Shown: positions 38,341-51,603, counted from the first letter of the stretch. The stretch is 64,000 bases of DNA from Octopus sinensis (GCF_006345805.1 NC_043007.1:11532001-11596000), one strand, 5' to 3'. Made by a program: numbers and translations. The notes: generated from the letters alone by a model not told the origin.

Positions 38341-38814
38341 CACCTATAAGTTTGCCAGAAAAATGTGCTTGTGTGTGTAAGGATTGCACTCTGCTGACAG
38401 ACAGGAAGTAAGGGTATAGGTAGCATTGTCCCTTTTTGGTTCCAGCAGAAAGGGGCTCTTCATTGGCTGACTGAAAGACAAAGAGATCTGAGAAAGACAT
38501 GCTCTCTGTTATATAGTCTATGGCCAGGAAAGTATGTCACATCATAAACAAAGGACTAGGGGGTCAAGTGTTTCCCATTGATTGGCCAGTGTGGAGATGT
38601 AAACAAAAAGGGTCAGACAAGTGAGTGGATTCAGTTTTGAATCTCAGGCAGGGCCAACTAAGTTCCCTAGATACATACAGTGAGTTTTATCAATGTAATA
38701 TAGTGAGTTGAAAAACTTCAAGCTGCTGAGATTATCTTGGCAATTAGAAGATTAAAATCTCCCTTTGTGGCCTTTAACACCTAAAAAAAAAAAAACTAAC
38801 AAAGAGGAAAAGAA

Positions 38815-38930
38815 TCCCATCAACTTTAAACGGAGTCTGGATAGATTCCTTCAAAGAATACCAGATAAGCCACCCATAATTGGATACAACTCACCCAACA
38901 AGAACTCACTACTTGAACAAAACTTGACTT
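38815..38930 (+). mobile_element. CR1-group LINE extreme C-terminus
   Basis: NFKRSLDRFLQRIPDKPPIIGYNSPNKNSLLEQ resembles the FK..LD.FL..IPD.P...GY....NSL ending. Confidence 0.55.
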
Positions 38931-39134
38931 AAACAGGATTCGAATAATCCTATCAGGTGGTGCTATTAAGTTAGACATGGCCTGGACCAATCTTTGGTCA
39001 AAACATATCTAAGTTTATCTAACAAGTACCAAATGTTCATTTAAATTAGTGGTTCCTACCTGGTTCCATATTATCTCTACGGATCATAAAAGATTTGTTG
39101 TTAAAGCTTATGAGCAACAAATTTTTCATACTCT

Positions 39135-39548
39135 CTTTACTCTCGTTTTACTCTTTTACGTGTTTCAGTCATTTGACTGTGGCCATGCTGGAGCACCGCC
39201 TTTTTAGTCGAGCAAATCGACCCCAGGACTTATTCTTTGTAAGCCTAGTACTTATTCTATCGGTCTCCTTTTGTCGAACCGCTAAGTTACAGGGATGTAA
39301 ACACACCAGCATCGGTTGTCAAGTGATGTTGGTGGGGACAAACACAGACACACAAACACATACACACACACACACATACGTATATATACATATATACGAT
39401 GGGATTCTTTCAGTATCCGTCTACCAAATCCACTCACAAGGCTTTGGTCGACCTAAGGCTATAGTAGAAGACGCTTGCCCAAGGTGCCATGCAGTAGGAC
39501 TGAAACCGGAACCATGTGCTTCATAAGCAAGCTACTTACCACTCCTAC
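39135..39548 (-). mobile_element. SINE family A
   Basis: Full-length reverse copy. Confidence 0.85.
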
Positions 39549-39929
39549 TTTATAATTTTAACAATTCTTTTATACAATTCCTAATAATATTTAATTATAA
39601 AAATATAATAGGATTTCTTTTATTGTGGGTGGGGGGTGACAGTGGAGTAACACAGGAATCAAAGGGCTCCATAGGCAAAATATGTTTGAAGAACCACTGA
39701 TCTATATCTTAGAAACTGGCTTGAATATGCTCGGCTGATAAGATCTAACAAAATTGAAATACCTCCTGTGCTTTTACCAGTTGCCTTTAAAGAGAAGATC
39801 CACTCTTAATCATATCACCTTTCTTGTATCCTGCAATGCTCATTATGTTAATAAACACACATGCACACACACAAGCACACATACAGACACACACACACAC
39901 ACACACACACTGTTTGTATATCACTTCAC

Positions 39930-40457
39930 TTTTACTCTTTTACTTGTTTCAGTCATTTGACTGTGGCCATGCTGGAGCACCGCCTTTAGTCGAGCAAATC
40001 GACCCCCAGGATTTATTCTTTGTAAGCCTAGTACTTATTTTATCAGTCTCTTTTGGCGACCCTGCTAAGTTACGGGGGACGTAAACACACCAGCATCGGT
40101 TGTGAAACAATGTTGGGAGGACAAACGCAGACACACAAACATACACACACACACATATATATACACACTTCCATCCAGTACTTATTCTATCGGTCTCTTT
40201 TGCCGAACTGCTAAGTTACGGGGACATAAACACACCAGCAATGTTGGGAAGACAAACACACACAAACATATACACACATATATACATATATACGACAGAC
40301 TTCTTTCAGTTTCCATCTACCAAATCCACTCACAAGGCTTTGGTCAGCCCGAGGCTATAGTAGAAGACATTTGCCCAAGGTGCCACACAGTGGGACTGAA
40401 CCCAGAACCAAGTGGTTGGTAAGCAAGCTACTTACCACACAGCTACTCCTACGCCTA
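39930..40457 (-). mobile_element. SINE family A with internal duplication
   Basis: Reverse copy; the agtacttattctatcggtctc...acaccagca block occurs twice. Confidence 0.83.
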
Positions 40458-41320
40458 TAGAGAGAGATTACAATTTATAAATTGAACATGACTGGTATAA
40501 AAGCTTTACCTTCTCCTCATACATAAAGAGAAGGTAAACATTTTGCACAGCGTGTTAACGCTTCTGCCAGCTTGTCGCCTTATTATTAGTCAACTGGTTA
40601 ATTATTTAACCAATTAACTCATCAGGTGTTTGATTAATCATTCAGTCAATCAGTTTGACAAACCTGAAGCAGATCTACAGTATAGAGGACAGACACATCA
40701 CTGATGAAGTCACAAATGGTGAGAAAAGAACTAAGGAATGACAGACGAAATGATTAATTAATTAAGCAATTGATTAGTTAATCTATTGTATAAAAAAATA
40801 AGGAAGTGAAGTAAAACCAGTGTGTGTGTGTGTATAATATTGGCATAATTACCCTCCCAAGATACAACAAAAATCTGTTTCAACATAGGTCACATCAAAA
40901 ATCTTGCAAAACCAAATACAAAAACGAAACACATTGTCTTTATCTTTCAAAAACTTAGAAGTAAGAGATCTTCACTTTTTCTTTTAGATTTTAAACATCC
41001 CTTGGGGGACATTTTTTTCAAGTAACTGTGATGAACACTCTTAGATAATCAAAGTTTTTGAACTCAGCATATAATATATATATATATATATAAATAAGAC
41101 TCTACTGCATGTGTATCTTGCGTGCTGAAAGCTCCCCTGAGATATATTTTCTCCCTCTCTCCCACCCTTATCCTGTCTCCTTCACTCTATACACATATCT
41201 ATATGTGTATATATATATGTATATATATATATCTATATTTTCTATATGTATATATATATATATATATCTATATATATATAGATATATATATATTATATAT
41301 ATATATATTATATATGTATG

Positions 41321-41377
<57 letters not shown>

Positions 41378-41574
41378 TATAATATATATGTATATCGCTT
41401 AGCCAGCGGGATGGCGTCACTTGAAGGCTAAAACAATGCAAAGCGCATTGTGACCAGCGATGTGTAGCAACATCTGATAGCCTGGTCGGTCACGGTGATA
41501 TATATATATATATATATGTATATGTATATGTGTATATATATATATACACACACATATATATATATATATATCTA

Positions 41575-41606
<32 letters not shown>

Positions 41607-41626
41607 CACACACACATATATATATA

Positions 41627-41664
<38 letters not shown>

Positions 41665-42435
41665 TTGCACACACACACACAATTCCTTAAAAAGGAAAGC
41701 AGATCGATTGTGACTTCGACGTTTCACCGGCAGCGGCTCGTCAAATACATACGTAAATCTGCGTGTGCGTGCGTGTGTGTATTTGTGTGGGTGTGTTTGT
41801 GTGGTGTGGTGTGAGTGCGTGCACGCGATTGCATCTATCTATATATATATACACACATATACACGCATACACGTGTGTGAGTGTTCGTTAGTGACTAGAG
41901 CAGTGAGAAACAGAAGCATTACAATCCTGTTAACAACGTCGTCTTTAATATTCGACAGTCGAGTTGTGTGGAGACGTCGTTGTTAGGCGAAATAGAATTC
42001 CTGAATGTTCATGTAAGGAGCCGGTGTCGGCGCAATCCTGTAGCGGAGAGGAGATAAGCAGACTACGAACAAATTTGTCGCTGAATACAATAAAAACTTC
42101 CATCCATACCGCCTGAACAATCTATTCATTTACGACTGTTGTTACCTTTTATCATAATCGTTCGTCATTCTTTTCTTTCTCGTTTCTACTCATGCGAAAC
42201 TTGACTTATGAGTTTGAAGCTCACTCCGGCACTGCTGATTAAAACTATCATAGGGGAAAAAAAAAGGATGGGGGGAACGAAAGAGGGAGCGTTTAGAGAG
42301 AAAGAAGGAGATGGTGACTGAGAGAGAGAGAGAGAGAGAGAAAAGATAGATAGATAGATAGATAGATAGATGTAGGGAGAGAGAGAGAGAGCCACTCGCT
42401 ATAATGTTGAACACATGCTTAACAACACAGTATAT

Positions 42436-42549
42436 ACAGTCAGTCAGTCAATCAGTGAAGACTCAGACGGACAGTCAGCCAGACTGAGTAAGGGAGTGAG
42501 AGAGTGAGAGCGAGAGCAGCGAGTGAAGAACCGTGGAAGCGCTGCTAGA
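42436..42549 (+). promoter_or_regulatory. Candidate TSS / 5' UTR of the C16orf89-like gene
   Basis: Clustered TCAGTC/TCAGT initiator-like motifs (agtcagtcagtcaatcagtg) downstream of a GA-rich tract; no upstream ATG before 42550; agaATGG Kozak context. Confidence 0.4.
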
Positions 42550-42739
42550 ATGGTGGCGTCCACGGGACAGTGCTTCTTGCTCTTCTTGGTGGCATTGTTC
42601 CCGACTTTCGATTGTGGAACTGCCACCAGGGCATCTTTAGAAAATGTAGTTTACAGCTTAGAGAAACTAGTCGGATATTACAGGCTGAATTATAAGCGAA
42701 TTAACCTCGACGGTTTATACGGACTGCGGATTCTCGAAG
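42550..42739 (+). CDS. C16orf89: First coding exon of UPF0764 protein C16orf89 homolog (secreted); partial
   Basis: MVASTGQCFLLFLVALFPTFDCGTATRASLENVVYSLEKLVGYYRLNYKRINLDGLYGLRILE(G). Signal-peptide-like N-terminus; INLDGLYGLRILE matches the recalled human INLDGMVGVRVLE motif; strong donor GAAG|GTAAGT, phase 1. Later exons were not recognised in the window. Confidence 0.85.
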
Positions 42740-43132
42740 GTAAGTCTAATCAACAATGCACTTGTGCTCGAGCATGATACACTGATGCGTTTGTGTGCGT
42801 GTGTCTGTGTATGTATGTATGTATGTATATATCTATGTATCTATCTATCTATGTATGTACGTATGTGTTTACTGTGTGTTGTGTATCTGTGTGTGTAAAG
42901 ATAAACGTTATAACGAACAAGTGCGCGACTAATTGCGCCCTCGTTTTGTCTCTCATGCACGAAAAACGGGGAATCAACAAAAACATAGATACAGTGTGTA
43001 TCGCATTGAAAGTAAACTAAAGTGAGGAACTAGGATAACCCTCAGATGTTTGGTCTATAAACCACCGCTTTATCACCTCACCATGTAACAATACAGTAAT
43101 TGCATGCATCTATACTGTATGTATTTGTGTTT

Positions 43133-43168
<36 letters not shown>

Positions 43169-43174
43169 CATGCA

Positions 43175-43209
<35 letters not shown>

Positions 43210-43520
43210 TTACATATATATATATTACATACTATATTTACATATATATATATATTTACATATATATATATTTACATATATATATTTACATATATATATA
43301 TTTACATATATATATTACATATATATATATTTACATATATATATATTTACATATATATATTTACATATATATATATACATACATATATATATATATTTAC
43401 ATATATATATATATATATCTATAGGAGATAAAAATATATGCATACATACAAACATATATGTACGTACCTACATCTACATGTTATATACATGCATATATAA
43501 ATAATTATACGGAAGTACAG

Positions 43521-43578
<58 letters not shown>

Positions 43579-43781
43579 TATAATATATAATGTTATGTTA
43601 TGTGTTTGTGTGTGTGTGTGTGTTCGAAGCCCTGATTGATAATCAAAACGAAAATAATACGATTCTAAAATGAGGAACCAATTTCTGGAGACGATATGCT
43701 GACAATTTCAAGACTTGGCATACATACACTGTTTTTGCTGTTGCCAAATTGTTGACATTGGACTTTGGTACTTCCATTCGG

Positions 43782-43839
<58 letters not shown>

Positions 43840-44526
43840 CCACACACACACAGCTTCCGTGTGTGTATGTGTGTGTCTAAATGAAATTATATATATATGT
43901 ATATGTATCTCTAAATATAAGTTATATATATATATATGTAACGAAATCTGTGTGTGAACGTATATTTGGTAAGTTGGTGCCGTTCGCGAAACTATCTGCC
44001 ATTGAGTCACTTTTACAACTTTAACGCTACAACAACCCTCTCTTTCTTTCTTTCCTTCCTTCTTTCTACTCCATATATATCTTTCTCTGTTTATCTATCT
44101 ATCTATCTATCTATCTTTCTTAAAAATACACAAAAACACACGTTCATAAGCAGCTTTTTACAGTCATTTTTGTGTTTGTCTTCGTTAAATTCAACCAACC
44201 TTTAATTCAGTATGTCTGAAAAATAATTTCAAATATTTTTCACGCATATAACAATACGTAAAGTTTCTTGCTGTGCTTTTAATTAAAATTAATTGCTTCG
44301 ACGTACGTTAGTTTTTACGGAACTGGCAACCGACGACGGGAAAATCCTTCATTGTATTTGCGTGTGTAATATTTATGTATATGAATAAAGCGATGTTTCA
44401 GTGTTTGTGTATATACATATATAGTGTGTGTGTGTTAATATATATATAGCTTCATGCATAAGTGTGTATATCTGTATGCGTGCATTTATGTATGTGTATA
44501 TATATATATATTTATATATATATATA

Positions 44527-44830
44527 GGAATGCATATGTATAAAGATATATTCACGTAAATGAATATGTAAATAGGCAGGTGTTTATGCATGAATAGATG
44601 TGTACATATATCTATGTATATATATATATCTATGTATATATGTGCATATATATATGTATGTGTATATATATATATATTTATATATATAGGAATGCATATG
44701 TATAAAGATATATTCACGTAAATGAATATGTAAATAGGCAGGTGTTTATGCATGAATAGATGTGTACATATATCTATGTATATATATATATCTATGTATA
44801 TATGTGCATATATATATGTATGTGTACATT
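44527..44830. repeat. 162-bp tandem duplication in a (TA)-rich tract
   Basis: ggaatgcatatgtataaagatatattcacg... starts at both 44527 and 44689. Confidence 0.85.
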
Positions 44831-44975
44831 TATATATATCTGTGTGTATGTGTTAGTGTACATATAATATATATGCATGTATGCATTTGAATAAATGTCT
44901 ATACATGCATATATCTATGTGCATGTGTGTATATATTTATATATATCTGTATAAGCATGTGTGTGTGTATATACA

Positions 44976-45051
<76 letters not shown>

Positions 45052-45663
45052 TCACACATGCATATATATTTGTGTAATATATTTCTATATGTACATGTAT
45101 ATATATATGTGGTGTGTGTGTGTGTGTGTGTGCGTTTGTAGAAATGTACATTTGTGTATCTATGTGCATATTTGTATATATGTATTTCTATATAGATGTT
45201 TATGTGTATATGTGTATGTGTGCATATATGTATGCACATATATAAGGGTGTACACACACATACACATATATACATATACACACACATTGAATATATATGA
45301 ATATTTACATAAATCTACATTTGAATTATACTCATATATGTAAATGTGTGCAAATTTATATATGAAATGCCAGATTCATCAACCTAGAACTATAGCAGAA
45401 GATACTTGCTCAAGGTGCTGTGCAGAGGGACTGAACCTGAAACCATTTGGCCAGGAAGCAAATTTCTTAACCACACAGCCATGCCTCTGCATATGCGTAA
45501 GTCTCCACGCACATGTAGGCATGGCTATGTGGTTAAGACGTTTGTTTCCCAACCACATGGTTTCAGGTTCTCATAGTACACACAGCACTTTGGACAAGCG
45601 GATTTAACAGATGGTAACTGAAATAATCCTGTTGTATGTATATATATATATATATACACACAC

Positions 45664-45702
<39 letters not shown>

Positions 45703-46002
45703 CAGATAGATAGATATTTTACATGTATTCTTGTTTAGACATCACTTGATGATTGTAAATTATCATCATCGTCATATAAGCTGTCGTTCCTTTCCAGTCT
45801 TCCGTGAGAAATATGCTTTACTATGTGGACATATTACCTTGCTTAGAAGCAGGTTAGGGTTGATGACAGTAAGAGCATCCAGCCATAGTAAAATTAGCCT
45901 CAATGAATTCCTTTTGATCCAAGCATGAAAAAGTAGAGAATTTAAAACTAATAATGATGATAATGATATAATTGTGTATACATGCGTATGTTTGTGTGTG
46001 TG

Positions 46003-46042
<40 letters not shown>

Positions 46043-46241
46043 ATGATCACGTGACCGACCAGTCCATCAGATGTAGTTACACATCGCTGGTCACAATGCG
46101 TTCGCATTGTTTTAGCCTTCGAATGATGCCACCCCGCTGGCTAAGCGAGCAGGATATATATATATATATATGTATATGGCGCCATGATAGATCGTTAGCT
46201 ACTACACACATTTTTTTTCTCTCCTTGTTTTTTTCTGTGTA

Positions 46242-46279
46242 TCTTTCTGTAGAAGAGCGTAGGCTCAAAACGTAAAAGA
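46242..46279 (+). ncRNA. Degenerate hammerhead-like motif
   Basis: tcttt CTGTAGA a gagc-gtag-gctc AAAA cg TA aaaga. Stems intact; A6U and G12A core changes. Confidence 0.5.
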
Positions 46280-46449
46280 CTTTTTCTATTCCTGAGCGCT
46301 ATACTAATACATCTGTTTGTTTGTACACCACCTGCCTTCGTCTTTTGCTTATTTTCGTAAACTTTCCTTTATATATATATATATATGTATATATGCATAT
46401 GTATGTATAATAGAGTATGTAAGTGTCATATGTGACAGATGTACTCATG

Positions 46450-46930
46450 TAGTACAAGCTATGAGCACACCAGAAGTAAATTTTCTTAAATGCCCAGGTG
46501 GCTCACTAGAAGTCGTTGATACCGTTTATTACCTTGGAGATATAATAAGCAGGGCGGCTGGTCGTTCTAAAAGTACATTAACCAGTGTAGAAGGGGTTTG
46601 AAAAAATATTCGGGGAGCTTCTGTGTCTGAGGAAAAAATCTCTTTTTCCTCGGAGTGATGGACAGTTTGAGTGACACTTGTGTTTGATCTGTGATGCTGC
46701 ATGTTAGTGTGAGATAAGCTTTGATTACTGAGGATTTGAAAAGAGTGAAAAGAAATGAAGCTGGCATGTTCCATTGGATGTACAATATAGGTGTGCATGG
46801 ACGGCGAAGTACAAATGTATTGAGAGAATAGCTTGGCATAAGAGGAGTCATATAGTGTTCAAGAAAGTATACTGAGCTGGTATGCACACACAACACATAT
46901 GGATAAGCGCAGTTGTATAAAGAAAAGCTG
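46450..46930 (+). mobile_element. RTE LINE post-RT remnant
   Basis: CPGGSLEVVDTVYYLGDII...EDLKRVKRNEAGMFHWM...LRE*LGIRG...WY.H; frameshifted. Confidence 0.8.
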
Positions 46931-47189
46931 ATTGCTTAATGTGTCACCCCTTGACCCTATCCAATTTTTTACAGTTGTCACCTACTCTTCCCTACATTAT
47001 TCTTCCCTAAATTACAGCAGTGGAATACTGCTGTTAGGTGGATGATGGTTAGTGAAATATCTCGAGGACGGAACTGACAAAGGGACCTGGTTGTGCATAT
47101 GTATATAAATACACACACACACGCAAACTGTGTTTCCAAAATCTCAGTTTCACAAAAAAGGGTGGATCATTTCAGAATCATATATCACC

Positions 47190-47560
47190 AGCCATCCTGG
47201 CCCTTAGTCATCTACTCCATGAGGATCAAGGTCCTGAAGTCATTCTTCATCACTTCATGAGATTTCTTCCAGGGTTTCCCTTTTCTGCAAACCCTAAACA
47301 CATTAAGTGATCACATACAGCTACCCTACTGATCATCCCTCCACATTTTTGTTCACCATAATATTCACCCTCTCATTTCTTTTCCATCTCTAATCATCCC
47401 TTACTCACACATTTTTGCAACCAAACCACTCACCCTGTTCTCCTGTAACCATTCAATTCTACTCTCCCCACTACCTTCGGCTCCACCCTAACACTAACCA
47501 CCACTATTTTTAACACATTCCAGCTCCCTCCCCCCCATCCGATCCCACACCCTCTTTAAA
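47190..47560 (-). mobile_element. RTE LINE C-terminal remnant
   Basis: Minus strand GCRKGKPWKKSHEVMKNDFRTLILME*MTK resembles RGRPRKTW.EVV..D.R.L.L..EMT. Confidence 0.6.
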
Positions 47561-47954
47561 AAATGTGAGTAGCCATGTAGCACCTCTACAGCAAAAAACC
47601 TGCTCCATTCTAGATTCCTTCTTTCACAGTTTAACCTGATACCTGCTAATATAAGACTGCCTCCTTCTCACAAGTAGCCCCACCTAGTTGAAAGGGGTCT
47701 TACTTAATCTTGCTGGCTGCATGGCAACCTCACTAGCAGTAGTGTCATTAAAACAGCACTCACTACATGCAGTAAAGCAGTTGGTATTAAGAGGGTGATT
47801 TAGCCACTGAAACTGTGCTAAAGCAGGCACTGGGCTATATGAGACAGTCTTCGGAGTCATTTAATCCTGTCAAACAGTGCAACACATGCAAGCAAGCAGG
47901 GAACACGGATATTACATGATGATGATAATAAGCATGTGTCTAAATGTGTGTGTG

Positions 47955-48051
<97 letters not shown>

Positions 48052-48070
48052 ATATATATAATTTCCCCAA

Positions 48071-48116
48071 GACACCTGATGAAGGCTGGAGCGCATATCA
48101 GCTGAAATGTTGTGTT
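48071..48116 (+). ncRNA. Type I hammerhead motif (extra A; GUU triplet)
   Basis: gacac CTGATGA a ggctg-gagcgcatat-cagct GAAA tg TT gtgtt. Stem I and stem II 5 bp each; stem III AUGU, a likely decayed ACGU. Confidence 0.6.
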
Positions 48117-48210
48117 AACAACAAACATGAGGACAAGTATCCGTCAAATGTAAATAATGTACATATATCCTCATTTCTTAAATATAGAACTGTATATATA
48201 TATATATATC

Positions 48211-48402
48211 ACCTGTGCCGGTGGCACGTAAAAAGCACCCACTACACTCACAGAGTGGTTGGCGTTAGGAATAGCATCCAGCTGTGGAAACACTGCCAGA
48301 TCAGACTGGAGCCTGGTGCAGCCTCCTGGCTTCCCAGACCCCGGTTGAACCGTCCAACCCATGCTAGCACGAAAAACGGACGTTAAATGATGATGATGAT
48401 AA
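48211..48402 (+). mobile_element. RTE LINE 3' end
   Basis: gtgccggtggcacgtaaaaagcaccc...(GAT)n. Confidence 0.75.
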
Positions 48403-49166
48403 TATATAATATACACGATAGGTTTCTTTCAGTTACCCTCTCCCAAATTCACTCACAAGGCTTTGGTTGGCTGAAGTTATAGAAAAAGATACTTGCATAC
48501 TGTGCTACGCAACAGTATTGAACCCAGAACCATGTGGTTGAGAAGCGTTGTTCTTAACCATAGAACCAAGCCTGTTCACACACACGTGTGTGTGTGTGTG
48601 TGTAAACAGAGAAACCAGAGTCAGGGCACAGTGTTTGTTTGTATATCACTTAGCTGGCAGATCGTACTATTAGACAGAATGGCTTGCATTAGTTGATGTT
48701 TACTACATAGTGGGTTCAAATCCAGCTGATGCCTGCCTTGACTTTTATTGTTCTGTTTATGATAAAATACATTTCTAGCCATGTGCTGTTGTGTAACATT
48801 CTCTCTGTCTGTCGGTCTGTTTATCCATCTCCACCCCTCACTCTCTCTCTCTCTCTCTCTCTCTTTCTCCGCTTGTCATGTCTTGTGCATTCCTCTCGGT
48901 CAGGGGTGAGTGGGTCAAGAGATTGTCTGTGTCTCCTTGTGATTACATGAGCACCTAAAACAAAACTCTAGAGAAAAGCAAAAGGCGTGGCACATGCTGA
49001 TACCATTATCGTACACCATTGTGAGTGAGACCTGTCCATGTATGTATGTGTGTTTGTGTATTCATATATATATAAATAATTTTTTTATATTGAGCAATGT
49101 CACTATGCGTGCACTCACAGAGAACCAGACATATAAATGTCCATATCTATATTTATCTATCGGTGA

Positions 49167-49205
<39 letters not shown>

Positions 49206-49207
<2 letters not shown>

Positions 49208-49433
49208 TCTTTACTGCCCACAAGGGGCTAAACACAGAGGAGACAAACAGGACAGACAAAGGGATTAAGTCGATTACACCGACCCCAGTGCGTAACTGGT
49301 ACTTAATTTATCGACCCCGGAAGGATGAAAGGCAAAGTCGACCTCGGTGGAACTTGAACTCGAAACGTAACGGCAGACAAAATACAGTAACGCATTTCGC
49401 CCGGCGTGCTAACGTTTCTGCCAGCTCGCCTTA
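49206..49433 (-). mobile_element. SINE family B
   Basis: Full-length reverse copy. Confidence 0.87.
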
Positions 49434-49460
49434 TATATATATATATATAATATATATATA

Positions 49461-49544
<84 letters not shown>

Positions 49545-49713
49545 CACACACACACACACGTATAAGAGAAAAAAATCTATCTGAAAGGAACTCTATCTCT
49601 CTTAAAAAAATATCTTTGATAAGCATAACAAATGCGCAACCGGTAAAAAAACTTTCACCTAATTAAATACACTCTCCCTTACTTAAATTATTTTGTCAGC
49701 ATTTTCTTCATTT

Positions 49714-49747
<34 letters not shown>

Positions 49748-49920
49748 ATAAATATTAGGGAATAAATCCAAATTTACAGGGAAAAAATCAGATTTAGGAT
49801 TAAATCCAATTTTATAGTAAAATATTATAAAATATTATTAGAGACAAAACCACTATTTTGCAAAACAAACAAGGAAAGACTTAATCAATACATAAAATTT
49901 TAATAATAGTCAAAAAACCG

Positions 49921-49963
49921 CCACTACAATTGTTTCTTGTCTTGATCGACAATCTTCAGGTAG
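49921..49963 (-). ncRNA. Minimal type I hammerhead ribozyme motif
   Basis: Minus strand: ctac CTGAAGA ttgtc-gatcaa-gacaa GAAA caattg TA gtgg. Confidence 0.75.
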
Positions 49964-50010
49964 ACTTCCAATAAGTCAGTTTCAAATTTTGAAACTGACT
50001 TATTGGAAGT

Positions 50011-50053
50011 CCACCTGAAGATTGTCGATCAAGACAAGAAACAATTGTAGTGG
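50011..50053 (+). ncRNA. Minimal type I hammerhead ribozyme motif (canonical core)
   Basis: ccac CTGAAGA ttgtc-gatcaa-gacaa GAAA caattg TA gtgg. All core nucleotides present; palindromic CAAUUG stem III; predicted cleavage after 50049. Confidence 0.8.
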
Positions 50054-50160
50054 CGGTTTTTTTGACTATTTATTAAAATTTTATGTATTGATTAAGTCTT
50101 TCCTTGTTTGTTTTGCAAAATAGTGGTTTTGTCTCTAATAATATTTTATATATATATATA

Positions 50161-50286
50161 TAAGGAAAAGCAGGTTAGGCAAATTGATATAAAAAAATAA
50201 AACCAATGTACATGCATACTTTTTTTTTTGTATTAAATGTATTTAATATTTTTTGTATATCAACTTGCCTAACTTGCTTATCCTTA
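50161..50286. mobile_element. Small MITE-like foldback
   Basis: About 39-bp imperfect TIRs taaggaaaagcaggttaggcaaattgatata and tatatcaacttgcctaacttgcttatcctta. Confidence 0.6.
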
Positions 50287-50944
50287 CATTTACTCCTCAA
50301 CCTGCTCAAGTTCAAATCTCTTGAGCAAGAGAATACCTGTCTCTAATATATATATATGTGTGTGTGTGTATGTGTATATATATACATGTGTGTGTACATA
50401 TATATATATGTGTGTATATATATATGTGTGTGTGTGTATATATATGTGTGTGTGTATATATATATATATGTATGTATGTGTGTATATATAGATAGATAGA
50501 TAGATAGATAGATGTGTGTACTAGTATCCATGTACACATGTACATAAATGTATAAAACCAGTATACATGTATTTATGAAGCGTCATCAGCATTGACAGAC
50601 CTGTGTGTGTCTCTCTCTATATGTATATATTTATATAAATTTCATTTTCATATATATACATGTGTGTGTGTTTCTTTATATAATATTCACACACACACAC
50701 ACATGTGTATACATATACCATATATTTATATATGTATATGTATATATAAAATATATGAGCTGTTGTCACAATAAAATGCATCTATTACATAGTTTAAAAG
50801 GTTGAAGATATGAATAGTTGTCCATGTTGTTCTGTGTCTCTCAGTATTAATACCACTTGGGAAACTGTGAGGTCTATGTTTTGCAAATGAGATATATTCT
50901 GCATCTTATAAATACAATGACATGTATAATGGTTTATACACATG

Positions 50945-51330
50945 CAGCTTGCTAACCAACCACATGGTTCTGGGTTCAGTCCCACTGCGTGGCATCTTGG
51001 GCAAGTGTCTTCTGCTATAGCCCCGGGCCGACCAATGCCTTGTGAGTGGATTTGGTAGACGGAAACTGAAAGAAGCCTGTCATATATATATGTATATATA
51101 TATATATATATGTGTATTTGTGTTTGTGTGTTTGTCCCCCTAGCATTGCTTGACAACCGATGCTGGTGTGTTTACGTCCCCATCACTTAGCGGTTCGGCA
51201 AAAGAGACCAATAGAATAAGTACTGGGCTTACAAAGAATAAGTCCCGGGGTCGAGTTGCTCGACTAAAGGCGGTGCTCCAGCATGGCCGCAGTCAAATGA
51301 CTGAAACAAGTAAAAGAGTAAAAGAGAGAG
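50945..51330 (+). mobile_element. SINE family A
   Basis: Near full-length copy. Confidence 0.85.
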
Positions 51331-51603
51331 TATGTATATTACATGTTAGTTCCTCAAACGAAAGAAATAAAAAGCGTCTTAATTAAAAAGAAATGCTTGC
51401 ATCAGAGTTAGCATCCAGCTGTCAAATGCTGCCCCCAAAGTACTCATCCAACCCATGCTTCCATGGAAAAATCAGATGTAAAGATGATGAGGGTTGTGTG
51501 TGGATGTATTTCTATAAACACGTCCACATATATATGTGGCTGTTCCGCTTTAGATTTGACTGATCAAAATTTGAACTCAGAATGCAGAGGCAGATGAAAT
51601 ACC

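Larger units (their letters stand above)
49826..50150. repeat. 325-bp near-perfect palindrome (1-nt centre at 49987)
   Basis: Arms of 161 and 163 bp differ by one substitution and two 1-nt indels, read by eye. Confidence 0.95.

Noticed and set aside
40589-40632. Minus-strand CTGATGA followed by a 12-bp hairpin
   Set aside because: No GAAA or stem III after the hairpin (TAAT and a SINE follow); at best a truncated relic.
42012-42191. Possible solo LTR (TG...AATAAA...CA)
   Set aside because: No target-site duplication or terminal inverted repeat found for any TG/CA pairing tried.
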